DNA of 63,414 nucleotides, the filler included, from Octopus bimaculoides (taxonomy: Eukaryota): NCBI RefSeq assembly GCF_001194135.2. It is 5 parts of 5 records of this genome, joined end to end, with 100 filler letters (N's around TTAATTAATTAA, not from the genome) between each part and the next. Parts side by side here need not be neighbours in the genome. Positions count along the whole stretch, not along the records: positions 26,087 to 52,733 come from NC_068991.1; positions 52,834 to 56,740 come from NC_068986.1; 3 more parts are not named here. One strand, given 5' to 3'. Made by a program: the position numbers and the translations under genes. Below the pieces are notes generated by a model that was given only the letters and a program-made list of their open reading frames with translations, was not told the origin of the DNA and searched no databases. This document shows positions 43,661-56,386 of this stretch, piece after piece (position 1 is the first letter of the stretch; each line of letters begins with the position of its first letter).

Positions 43661-45349
43661 TCTGAAAAGATGTAAAATTTATTCAAATTTCAAAACCGAT
43701 AAACAAAAGTTGTTGTGGAACAATAAATAGAGCTACAAAAAGCCATATAATACACTACGATTAAACATTTTTCGTGTTAATTCAAAAAAACATTAGAAAA
43801 AAGCAAACGAATTTATCTCACAACCCAATTATTATACATATTTCGGTAAAAATCAACAATAAATTGATATAATTCGAACCAGACACTGGCGCCTGCTTGA
43901 TTGATTTAAATATATGTAAAATGACCCTATCACCACCATTACAAACTGTATCGATAAAATTAAATGTTTACTGAAGAAAAAAGTATTCCAATCAATGAAA
44001 AATACATAATACTTATCATATGTAAGCAGCAACAGAATATAGATGCTTTCGATATCGATTGTGAAACGGGTTCAAATTTCTTCAGAATAAATTGGTTTAA
44101 ATCATTTAACTGGTCACCAATATCTATCTTTCACTTGTTTCAGTCATTAGACTACAACCATGCTGGGGTACTTCTTTGAATGAGTAGTAGAACAAATCGA
44201 GTCCAGTAATTTTTTTTTTAAAGTCAGGTACTTATTTTATCGGTGTTTTATGCCGAACCACTAACTTACGGGGACGTAAACAAACCAACACTGATTGTCA
44301 GGCGCGCGCACACACACACGAAGGGGCTCTACATTGTTTCCGTCTATCAAATTCACTCACAAAACTTTAATCGATAAAGAGCTATTGTAGAAGCACTGGG
44401 CTCTCTAGTATTTATTAACAAGTTACCATCGTACATAGATTAGAATTGGGCCCCGTAAACTCGTGAAGCCCACGAGAAACTATACAGTGGGCTCATGCCT
44501 TAAGACAACAATGACTACACGACCACGCCTGTGCCTCTTTAATAATATTACTGGTATTGTTAATAATGGTTTTAAATTTTGGCACAAGGCTATTCATTTC
44601 GACGGAGCAGGTAAGTTGATTACATCGACCTCAGTGCTCAATTAGTGCTTATTTTATCAACCCTGTAAGGATGAAAGGGAAAGTCGATCTCGGTGGAGTT
44701 TCACCTCAAAGTAAAAACGGTTAAAATGTCGCTAAACAATTTGCCCGGAATATTAGCGATTCTACCAGCTCGCAGCCTTACTGATAGAGTTAATAATGCT
44801 GATAGTTCTTCTTAGGTGATTACTGAAAAATATAATTGATTATTTATGCATGAAATATTTCAAAAATTTTCACCGGGTTTAAGGTGTTGTGCGAAACTAC
44901 AGACCACATCTCGACTATCTATGAGCGAAACCGATTTGTATGAAAAACCGCACCATTGCGGTTTTCAAAAGCCGAAATGGTAAAAGAAAAATTGATTGGA
45001 ACATAAATGCTTGTAACAGTAAATTGGAAGCGATCAATTACAATTGATTGTGCTGTGCCAGTAAACGCTGTCGACAAACTAAACTGCAAAGTTAGCGACT
45101 GTAGCGATTTTAAAGACGCTTCAACAGATTGAAGATTGTCACTCAGTGTTTAGATAGCTCTTTCACTTGTTTAAGTCATGGGGCTGTGGCCAAGCTGGAG
45201 CATCGCACTGAAGGGTTTTAGCCGTGCAAGTTGACGCCCTGTACTTATTTTAAAGTCTGGTACTTATTCTATTTGTCTGTTTTGCCGAACCGCTACATCA
45301 TGAGGACGTAAACAAGCCACGCCAGTTGTTAAGTATTAGTGGCGGAAGA

Positions 45350-45405
<56 letters not shown>

Positions 45406-48095
45406 TATGACGGGTTTCCACACCAAAATCACTCACAAGGTATTAAGTGGCCCGAGTATATAGTAGAAAATATTTGCCCAAGATGATATATAGCTGGACT
45501 GAACTCAAAACCACGTGGTTGTGAGCTTCTTAACCATACAGCCAAGCCTGCATCAATATGGTATGCTCCTTCTTTAAGCTGGAGGGAAAATGCAAAACTA
45601 GACTTAGGTATCACCAGAAATCGGAACGAATATGTAAATGCTTAGTTTGCCTATGTTCAGTGCATTGCAATGCATTGCAGGACCTCAATATGCTCTCTCC
45701 ATCAACTACGAACTGATGTGGAGGCCTTGAATTTGAGATTGAGACCATAGAAGTTTGATGAGCCTATTCTCCCACACTGGCTTGACATGGTTTGGTAGAG
45801 GAGTGCAGATTTTTATACACTTACCCAGAACTAGTTAAGTGGATTTCATCAACCCCAGTGCTCAACTGGAACTTATTTTATCGGCCCCGAATGGATGAAA
45901 GGTAAAGTCGACTTCAGCGGAATTTGAATTCAGTACGTAATGACGAACGAAATGCCGCTAAGCATTTTACCCGGCGTGTTAACGATCTTGCCAGCTAGCC
46001 GCCTTTGAATGATTAAAAGTCACTTATTAAATAAGCTCGTTAGCATTTAATTTTCATTAGTATTTATTAAAAGATTTTAGACCCGCTGTCAAATGCACCT
46101 TAACCCAAAGACAGCCAACATATTAACAGATCGAGTTAGCAGCAGAAACACAAAACTGAATTGTGATAAATACGACCTTTCATAGTTTCCAAGTACAACG
46201 AAAAGCCATTCGGAATTTTCCCTGCGCCTGCCAGATTTCAACGTTTTGGTAATCACATGCTGTCTAAAATAAAATATTGTGCGACGTAACTGAATATCAT
46301 CACAAGGACAACACCTGAAGAATATTTAAATAATTTAGAAATAATATTTAATTGGTTAAAAGATTATAGCTTTTTTTCCCTTTTTCGCCTAGAAATCAGT
46401 TATTAACGTGTCTGGCAAAAGATTATCTGAAAAAGAAAAAAAAAACCCAACGCCATTAAAAAATTTCTGAATCCAGAATAATGTGTCTGGAGTAACAGTA
46501 TTTGTTTGGAAAATCGGATATTATCGCGCGTTCATTAAGAACCTTACTGTACGGCTCTATAGGCGAAGGCATGTCTGTGTGGCGAAGATCGCTTTGCAAC
46601 TACGTTTCGGGTTCAGTCCTACTTCTTGACACCTTGGGCAAGTGACTCCTACTATAAGCTCAGACAGCCCAAAGATTTGTGAATGAATTTGACAAAACGA
46701 AAACCGTGTGAAAGGCCATCGCATAATGTATGTATGTATGCATGCAGGTATATATATATATGTGAATGTGTGCGTCTTTGCATCTTTGTTTTTGCCACCA
46801 CCACCACCACCACCGCTTGACAATCTATGTTAGTTTGTTTACGCCCCATAACTTAATGGTTCGGTAAAAGAGACCGTTAGAATCAGTACCAAACTTAAGA
46901 AAAATGCTAAATACCGAGATCTATTTGTTCGTCTAAACCTTTCAAAGTGGTGCCCCAGCATGGCCGCTGTTTAATGACTATTTGGTACTGATTAGATGGG
47001 TAATTTAGGGCTGATTTAGGCTGCGTGCTATAACCTCTATTAAAACCACATTTATTTACAGTTTTCGATGAAACTATATATAAAAAATATATATATTAAG
47101 AGGTTTTGGCCAAGAGTAAACTGTATGCCAGAAGTGTCTAGATAAGTATTTATCTCTAGAGGTATGACTGCACGCAAGCTAGAAAAGATAGCTGTATCTT
47201 CGTGTTATGAGAGGCGGGAAAATTCTGTGTCCATCGGAGACAAACAATTCCTTTTTAACCTGGGGTCGAGCAGCGACCAAGAATCCTGTCTACTCACGGA
47301 CTTCTGTTACCTCTGTCTTACGTATGGCACGCATCTCAATTTATAACTATGTTTTGGCAAGAAACTCTATGATTTCGAACGATAACAGCTAAACCATTAA
47401 CTATTAAGCTGAGATTACCTGAGTGTCAAGACTGTTGTTCGTTGCTGAGATGACGTGGTTTCAAATCTAAGCTCTGATACAAATGAAACCGGTAAAAGAT
47501 AAAAAGATAGACGATAATTTAAAGACCGCACCATTCAAATGATCAGATGATTGTTAACAAAGTTTCGTGATTTGAAACAAGAGGTGATTAAGGCTACAGA
47601 CCTCACGCATTGCAAAGAATATAGACGCCTGAGAATCCGGGACACCAGCCTTATGAGCCGATGGCTCGTGAAGGATCTTTGATCCTTTATTGGATATATA
47701 TATATATACAGTAGCCTACAAAGCTTCGAAGTCCAGCACGAAAATACTAATGCATTATCAAAACTGCCGATTAATCAGACATAATTAAAGTTTTAATGAA
47801 AATTATAACCTATCTCTGGATTTGAAATAACATCAAATTATTGATGGAATACCGTTTCCAAGAAGAAAATTCAGTCAGCCACAAAGTCTGATATCGTTAT
47901 TATTCGAATTCAACAATTTGTCGATAATAATTGGTCGAAAAAAAAAAACTCAACAAAAGAAAGATTAAAATATCTATGAGAATATTGGATAAAATATGAT
48001 GCAATTAATTATCACATGAATTTAATTAATTTTACCGTTTAATTCTCGTTGCTTAATTGTTCTGAAAAAATATATATTACCAAGTAAATTTGGTT

Positions 48096-48151
48096 GTATC
48101 TCGGCAGGGTCATTATGCCCAAAATAAACACACGCACTAGGTCTATTTCAC

Positions 48152-48211
<60 letters not shown>

Positions 48212-48533
48212 GTTAATTCGTTAACATTTAACCAATTAACTCATCGATTCTTTGATAAATTCCTCGTTCAATCAGTCAGTCAGCTAAGTTTATCAAAATT
48301 CTTTCGCCGTCATTCACGACCTCATCAATGACACGCGCTCTCTGCTCCAGCTCTAGCAGGGTATGTCATCAATGAGGTCACAATTGGCGACGGGAGGATT
48401 GATTGACCAAACGATTAATCAAACAATCGATTAGTTAACTGGTTAAATGTTAACGAATTCATTAATGATAACAAAACTATTGAAATAAAACCAGTGCGTG
48501 TTTTTTATTGGCATAATGACCCTACCGAGATAC
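48096..48533. mobile_element. Foldback/MITE-like ~440 bp nested palindrome
   Basis: Outer arms 48096-48119 and 48510-48533 match 23/24 inverted. Inner arms 48215-48234 and 48440-48459 are a perfect 20-bp inversion. A further inner GACCTCAT.ATGAC inversion is present. Confidence 0.8.
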
Positions 48534-48885
48534 GACAAAATATGGTTTAACACACGAGTTCACATCAAGAATCTTATAAACCAAATGCAAAAACAAAATT
48601 ACCAAGTAAAATTTTTGCCTCACTGCATGAAAGTTATTGGGGTTTGACATGAAAGAAACAAGCTGTAGATTCTACTACTGGCTGAAAAGGTGATCTGCTA
48701 TCCAATAATGTCCAGTTGTTAATACCACTGATAAGGAATATAATGATCGGCCTAAAATATTTGGACTAAGGACAATGAATTCGTATCGACTACTCCAGAT
48801 CATTTTCCGCATTCAATGACCAGTTACAACTTTATCTTTCATTTTTTACATGTCTCAAATCATTGGACTGTGCCCATGCTGTATG

Positions 48886-48942
<57 letters not shown>

Positions 48943-50170
48943 ACATTTTGTAAACAAACTTATAAACGCCGCGCGTGTCAGTATCTGCAGAAAATAACGG
49001 AATTCGCGATACATATACGACGAGCTTTCACACGGTTTCCGTCTACCAAGGATACTTCTCCAAGATGCTGTGCAGTGATACTGAACCCGAAACTACCTGG
49101 TTGCAAAGCAAACTTCTCAACTCCACGGCTATGCTTTCTACCACGAGACTGATACACAAACATCGCTGTCGTCACTTGCTGATCATGATCTGCAGTTATT
49201 AATACAATTTCCATGACCCTCAACAAAACTATGCAAATCTATCAGTCAACTATAAGCCTCGGTACAATACACTATATTATTAATTAAATGACGAAGGGAA
49301 ATAATTTTAAGTTATTTTAAATAATGTGTTATTTAAGTTATTTAAAATAATGTGCAAGGTTTATTTATTAGCAGTGTCAATGTCTGGATTTATCTTTTAT
49401 TCTTACTTGTTTCAATCATTGGACTGCAGTCGTGCTGGGGCACTGGCTTAGAGTTCAGTCGAACAAATCGACCTCCAATGCATACTTTTAAGTATGGTAC
49501 TTATTCTAATGGCCTCCTTTGCCAAACCGCCAAGTTACACGGACGTAAACACACTAACACCATTTGTCAAGTGGTGGTGGGAACCAAGCAGAAAGACACA
49601 CACACACACACACACACGACTTGCTTCCACACAGTTTCCGTCTACCAAATTCATTCGCAAGGCATTGATTGATCTGGGGCTAGAGTAGTAGACACTTGTC
49701 TAAGGTGCCGTACAGTGAGACTGTACCCGAAGCCACATGGTTGCAAAGCAAACTACTTAATCAAACAGTCATATGTACGCCTAAATAACGATACGCCTCT
49801 GGCAATGACACCACCGCCCATCCTTCCGACCATTTTGTGATGGCCATTTTATCTTACAATTTAATGTCTCTCGACAGAATCTGCATGTAAAAACTTCAAA
49901 AGAAATTGTCAGTATTTTAGCTCAGATATTGAATTCCATTGATCACATGACTTCGTTTACGTGATAATGTAGCAGACAACTTGACATTTCAGCCAATCAA
50001 ACCGCTTTCTTTTGACGTAAATCAGACAACCAACTTAGAGTCTATACACTGTATAATAAGCTGTGGCTTTTCGCGGGCAAGTAGAATTTGTTGCAATGTC
50101 GGTCGATCTAAGAGTAAAATACATTCTCTCACACACTCTGGCACACACTCCCTCTCATTCACTTTCATTC

Positions 50171-50221
50171 ACTCTGATACTCTCTCAACTCTGATACTCT
50201 CTCAACTCTGATACTCTCTCA
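50171..50221 (+). repeat. 17-bp minisatellite x3
   Basis: ACTCTGATACTCTCTCA occurs three times in tandem. Confidence 0.85.
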
Positions 50222-50850
50222 ACTCTTTAAACAGAAAGAATTAGATGAATAATGTCGCATGAAGCAACAGCAAATTAAAAAAATGTTCATGACAGTCATA
50301 ATTCAACACGTTCGAGGGTATTCCCTACGTGATAAGACCTTTCGCTGCGAATATAGTTCCATGAGAATATTCTCTACCAAGATATGTCTGAAAACATATT
50401 TTGGGGGCTGTAAACGACGTCATTTGATCGTAGGACGCATGTATTTCTGCGTCATCCAGCTTCGTCAGCAAAGAAAACCAAATCTGTCATTCACAGCACG
50501 ATTAAGAACGAAATCATTCTTATTAAAACAGTATGCAGAATGTTTTCTAATGAGAGCAAAGCTTGGTCCGGTTAGAATTAAGTAAACGATATGGCACGAA
50601 GCAACGTTGAATATGAGATATTCGTGTGAAGTCATACTTAGCACGTTCGCATGTATTCGGACGTGATAAGACCTTTTGCTCCGGAGATAGTCTCGGGAGA
50701 AAATTTTTCACCAAGACCTGTGCAATAAGACATTTTGTAGGGTTGTGAATGATGTCATTGGATCGTATGATGCATGCGTTTCTACGTCAGTTCACTTCGT
50801 CAGCTACAAAAACGTATGCTTTGACACATACATACATACATTGTATTTTG

Positions 50851-51230
50851 TTGACACTCCGTCGCTTACGACGTCGAGGGTTCCAGTTGATCCGATCAAC
50901 GGAACAGCCTGCTCGTGAAATTAACGTGCAAGTGGCTGAGCATTCCACATACACGTGTACCCTTAACGTAGTTCTCGGGGATATTCAGCGTGACACAGTG
51001 TGACAAGGCTGACCCTTTGAAATACAGGCACAACAGAAACAGGAAGTAAGAGTGAGAGAAAGTTGTGGTGAAAGAGTACGGCAGGGTTCGCCACCATCCC
51101 CTGCCGGAGCCTCGTGGAGCTTTAGGTGTTTTCGCTCAATAAACACTCACAACGCCCGGTCTGGGAATCGAAACCGCGATCCTATGACCGCGAGTCCGCT
51201 GCCCTAACCACTGGGCCATTGCGCCTCCAC
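50851..51230 (-). mobile_element. Intact-looking tRNA-derived SINE
   Basis: Head GTGGAGGCGCAATGGCCCAGTGGTTAGGGC (A box)...GGTTTCGATTCCC (B box), CpG-rich body, flanked by (TACA)n. A partial copy of its 3' half lies at ~16600-16760 (+). Confidence 0.8.
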
Positions 51231-51249
51231 ACATACATACATACATACA

Positions 51250-51280
<31 letters not shown>

Positions 51281-52341
51281 GTATACACAGATACAAGAAC
51301 TAACACGCATTGTGACATGACACTCAGCTCTCACGCTCGTGTCCACTAATGCTTGAAATATCTATTTCGTATTTCTTTAGCCTTGGACATTTTCTATCCA
51401 AGGTTTTTTTTTACCCTAATATTCTGCACTCTATCATTTAGAGCTTTATTTACTTCGTGTCCCACTGTTAAAACGATTAATTTTATATCATTCAAAGTTT
51501 CTTTAAAAATAAATATTCTTATAATATAAACAACATATAAGTCTCTCATGTAAGAGCAGAGTTTCTAAAATGAATAGAGAAAATTTGGAGGGTTGCTTTG
51601 GTCTAATGATAACACATCTGTTATGTCCACAGAAAATGTGGATTCGTGCGCCACGGTTAGCCTTTGACTTTGTTCTATCCAACGGGCTTTTTAACACAAT
51701 ACTCTACCTGTTATTATGTATAGCTTCGCAAGGCGGCGAGCTGGCAGAATCGTTAGCACGCCGGGCAAAATGCTTAAAAGTATTTCGTCCGTTACTACGT
51801 TCTAAGTTCAAATTCCGCCGAGGTCGACTTTGCCTTCCATCCTTTCGGGATCGATAAAATAAGTACTAGTTGAACACTGGCGTAGACGTAATCGACTCAT
51901 CCCTCCCTCAATATTGCTGCCCTTGTGGAAAAATTTGAAACCATTGTCCATGCCTTCGTCTATTTCGAGTGCCGCCGTTATAACGATCTATTGCACAATA
52001 TTATGGTTTTTTTTTTGCATGAAATGTTTGTGAAGATGAAGTTCGTCCATTATTACGAACAGGATCAACATCGTATGCATGTAATATTTACACTTATTTT
52101 TGTGTATTTTTATGACTTATTAACTTGATCATTTTCATAAGTACATTCTTTTCTTGTTACACCCTATGCTATGTTATCTTTAGACTGGGTTTCTTTGCGA
52201 ATTTCTTGTCTTGTGTGGATATGTTATGATCTGTATATTCTTCATAACTTATTTAAAAGACTTTTATTTGCGCAGGTGTGTTTGTGCTGGCAGAAACGTT
52301 ATCATGCCGGGCGAAATGTTTAGCGGTATTTCGTCTGTGTG

Positions 52342-52733
52342 ACACCGGTTGAGGTGCTTAGCGGTTAGCGGCTCCGTGAGTTTGTATCTATTAGTAATTA
52401 TTTGAGTGCGTTTGTATAGTAAGTGCAAGTTTCTATTACTGTTCTTGTGTTATTTCCTGTTATAATTATTTGTGTGATAGTCTTCGTTCGAAAACTATCG
52501 TGTGTTCTCCCCTGTGGGGGAGACAGTAATCGCTGGCGAGATGCCGAATAGTGCATCTTCGTCTGGCGAAGAGTCAACCGATGGAAAAAATATTGAAAGT
52601 TTATTGTTTGGAGATGTTTCAGATTCTTCTGAAGGTGAATCGCCAAAACCTACGAATTCTACTGTGAAAAGCCTTCAAACAGAAGGAAAACAAAAAAGAA
52701 GTTTTGCGTCGGCGGCTGGAGGTGGAACCCGCC
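52342..52733 (+). mobile_element. Probable 5'UTR and ORF1 start of an L1/Tx1-type LINE, joined to a SINE head
   Basis: A SINE head breaks off near 52340. A T-rich leader follows, then an S/E-rich open frame ending KRSFASAAGGG, resembling the SF/YAxAA motif common in LINE ORF1. Cut by a spacer. Confidence 0.45.
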
Positions 52734-52833
52734 NNNNNNNNNNNNNNNNNNNNNNNNNNNNNNNNNNNNNNNNNNNNTTAATTAATTAANNNNNNNNNNN
52801 NNNNNNNNNNNNNNNNNNNNNNNNNNNNNNNNN
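52734..52833. other. Artificial 100-bp assembly spacer
   Basis: 44N-TTAATTAATTAA-44N. Confidence 0.92.
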
Positions 52834-53163
52834 ATCCGCGACACGCGCCAACCTTTTCGCTAAGACCTTGGCCAAAATCTTCACTTCGGCGTTTAACAGA
52901 GTGATGGACCTGAAGTCTTCTATAACGTCCCCCTTGTCCGGGTTCTTTCTGACCAACGTCACTACTCCCCGGCGCACAGATCTGGGGATAAACCCATTCT
53001 GTTGCCAGTTCGCGTAAACGTCAGCCAGTAGATGCCCGAACAAGTCTGGCATACATTTATACAGCTCATACGGAAGACCATCAAGTCCCGGTGACTTACC
53101 CGCTTTACAGTCGGCCAAAGCCTCCTTCACCTCCCCAGGCGTGATTGGCCCTTCGCATGACTC
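52834..53163 (-). mobile_element. L1/Tx1-type LINE ORF2 fragment (N-terminal part of RT), 5'-truncated
   Basis: CEGPITPGEVKEALADCKAGKSPGLDGLPYELY...KGDVIEDFRSITLLNAEVKILAKVLAKRL carries the non-LTR RT motifs KSPGLDG and (YRPI/FRSI)TLLN.DxKILAK. Confidence 0.9.
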
Positions 53164-53197
53164 CGCTAAGTATTTCGTCCGGCGTCCTATCGTTTCT

Positions 53198-53430
53198 TAC
53201 TTCTTTATTGCCCACAAGGGGCTAAACATAGAGGGGACAAACAAGGACAGACAAAAGGATTAAGTCGATTACATCGACCCCAGTGCGCAACTGATACTCA
53301 ATTAATCGACCCCGAAAACATGAAAGGTAATGTCGACCTCGGCAGAATTTGAACTCAGAACGTAACGGCAGACGAAATACCGCTAAGCATTTCGCCTGGC
53401 GTGCTAACGATTCTGCCAGCTCACCGCCGT
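53198..53430 (-). mobile_element. SINE family A copy with Tx1-like tail
   Basis: Full head GGCGGTGAGCTGGCAGAATCGTTAGCACGCC and tail TGTCCCCTCTATGTTTAGCCCCTTGTGGGCAATAAAGAA. Confidence 0.85.
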
Positions 53431-53764
53431 CGGTATATGTTGCATCAACATTCAAGATGTTTTGAGTTTTTGTATGTTGGACCAAGGGCGTCTGCGTGTG
53501 TCTCAGTGTGTTGTTTGCGCTTTTACTTGCTTCAATCATTAGACTGCAGCCATGCGGGCATTCTACCTTGAAGGGTGTAGTTCAGTGGTTCCTAACGTGC
53601 GCGGTACTGCCCCGTCTATTATGGACGGCAGAAAGACCAAGAAAGACTTTGAAGAAAAGTGGAGCAATCATATAGGGTGGCGAAAAGGGGGTGATGAATG
53701 TAAACTACCCCCCACCCACATAACTCCAAAAAAGAAATAACGGGTTAATTATTTATGTATTCAT

Positions 53765-54130
53765 TTATTTACTTGTTTTAGTCATTTGACTGCAGCCATG
53801 CTGGATCACCGCCTTTAGTCGAACAAACCGACCCCAGAACTTATTCTCTGTAAGCCTAGTACTTATTCTATCGGTCTCTTTTGCCGAACTGCTAATGTTA
53901 CGGGCACGTAAACACACCAGCATCGGTTGTCAAGCGATGTGGGGGAAGGACAAACACACAAACACGCAAATATATATATGCGTCGGGCTTCTTTCAGTTT
54001 CCGTCTACCAAATCCGCACACAAGGTTTTGGTCGGCCCGAGGCTAGCCCGAGGTGGCACGCTGTGGGAATGAACCCGGAACTATGTGGTTGGTAAGCAAG
54101 CTTCTTACCACACAACCACTCCTGCGCTTA
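53765..54130 (-). mobile_element. SINE family B copy (CpG retained)
   Basis: Same blocks as the other family B copies. Confidence 0.75.
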
Positions 54131-55577
54131 TAGGTTTTATTTGTGAAATACTGTTGTTTTGAATTTGTGGCAGAAAGTGGTCAACGTTTGTGGTGCTGAG
54201 TGCTGAGTGGTGGTGGTGGTGGNNNNNNNNNNNNNNNNNNNNNNNNNNNNNNNNNNNNNNNNNNNNNNNNNNNNNNNNNNNNNNNNNNNNNNNNNNNNNN
54301 NNNNNNNNNNNNNNNNNNNNNNNNNNNNNNNNNNNNNNNNNNNNNNNNNNNNNNNNNNNNNNNNNNNNNNNNNNNNNNNNNNNNNNNNNNNNNNGGGGGG
54401 GGGGCGCTCAAGGAATGTGGCTCGAGTGCCAAAGAGACACCACCCCGACAAGGTTTGGGGACCACTGGTTTTAGTTGACCAGATCAATCCTAGTTCTATT
54501 GTCTTTTTCTTTTCGTTTTGGTTGTTTAGCCGATATGTTATGAAGGTGTAACCAAACCAGCACCGGTTGTCAAAAAGTGGAGGGGAGACAAACAAACATA
54601 AATGCACACGCGCGCACGCACGCACATATACACGCGCGCACGCATGCACATATACACGCGCGCACGCACGCACGCACAATACACGCGCGCGTGCGCGCGG
54701 GATAGACTGCTGTTCGGTTCCGTAACGAAACTGTTCTATTTCAGAGATTTTGGTCAACCGAAATCTATGAAGAAAAGACTCTTGTCGAAGACGTCTCGCA
54801 GTGAGATCGAACCAGGAATCTCGTTGCCACGAAGCGAACTTTCTAACGATATTGTCATACCTACACACCGGTTAATTATGTGTGAACGACTGTATATGTG
54901 CATGTGTATCTGTATGCGTATGTATGTGTATTTCAGTGTATGCGTGTGTGAGAGGCAGAAAGACTCTGTGTGTGTATGTGTATGTGTATGTGTGTATGAG
55001 AGAGAGAGAGAGTTTGCGTGCGTGGTTGTGAGTGTGAATGCTTGTTTGTTTATGTGTATGCGTGTATGTGTGTATGTGTGCGTGTGTGTGAGAGAGAAAG
55101 GGAGACTTTGTGTGCGTGTTTGTGAATATGGGTGTTTGTGTGTTTATGTGTATGTGTTCGTGTGTATGTGAGAGCGAAAGACAGACTTTGTCGTTTGAGA
55201 GTGTGTGTTTGTGCGTGTGTGTTTCTGTGTATGTGTGTATATATATAAATATATATGTGTGTGCGCGTGTGTGTATGTGTGTGCGAGTGTGTGTGTGTGC
55301 ATTGGAAACCTTTAAAAACCAAAGACAAAAGACTGTGTGAGAGGGATTGCCTCGTGTGATTGTAGAAAAACAAGATTTTTCAAAACAGTTTTCTGTCGAC
55401 AAATAGTTCGGTGTCAAATAACCATCTGCTTGTGGTTGTAACGGGTATCGGGGTGTCGAGACGGGTAGGTGGAATCGAGGATGAACCGTGGAAGACAGAA
55501 TGTAATGTTGATCGGTTTTTGATGTAGACAGGTTAGTAACAGAAACACACACACTAACATACACGCATACACATAAA

Positions 55578-55608
<31 letters not shown>

Positions 55609-56274
55609 GTAGAGACTGTAGACTGCCGTCAAGGGCGAGTCTGCTGTGGGCGGGGTTTTGCGGAGTGTGTCTCATATCTTTGACAACATCGTCGTTCAGA
55701 CCTGTTGTTTCTTNNNNNNNNNNNNNNNNNNNNNNNNNNNNNNNNNNNNNNNNNNNNNNNNNNNNNNNNNNNNNNNNNNNNNNNNNNNNNNNNNNNNNNN
55801 NNNNNNNNNNNNNNNNNNNNNNNNNNNNNNNNNNNNNNNNNNNNNNNNNNNNNNNNNNNNNNNNNNNNNNNNNNNNNNNNNNNNNNNNNNNNNNNNNNNN
55901 NNNNNNNNNNNNNNNNNNNNNNNNNNNNNNNNNNNNNNNNNNNNNNNNNNNNNNNNNNNNNNNNNNNNNNNNNNNNNNNNNNNNNNNNNNNNNNNNNNNN
56001 NNNNNNNNNNNNNNNNNNNNNNNNNNNNNNNNNNNNNNNNNNNNNNNNNNNNNNNNNNNNNNNNNNNNNNNNNNNNNNNNNNNNNNNNNNNNNNNNNNNN
56101 NNNNNNNNNNNNNNNNNNNNNNNNNNNNNNNNNNNNNNNNNNNNNNNNNNNNNNNNNNNNNNNNNNNNNNNNNNNNNNNNNNNNNNNNNNNNNNNNNNNN
56201 NNNNNNNNNNNNNNNNNNNNNNNNNNNNNNNNNNNNNNNNNNNNNNNNNNNNNNNNNNNNNNNNNNNCATATAT

Positions 56275-56307
<33 letters not shown>

Positions 56308-56386
56308 CATATACTTCGAACTAATGCTATTAATTGTATAAATCATCTTGGATGATTGAAGACTAACCCGCTGTTATTATTATTCG

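Noticed and set aside
51150-51230. Possible tRNA gene
   Set aside because: It has A and B boxes but continues into a SINE body that is also found near 16600, and no clean acceptor stem is evident.
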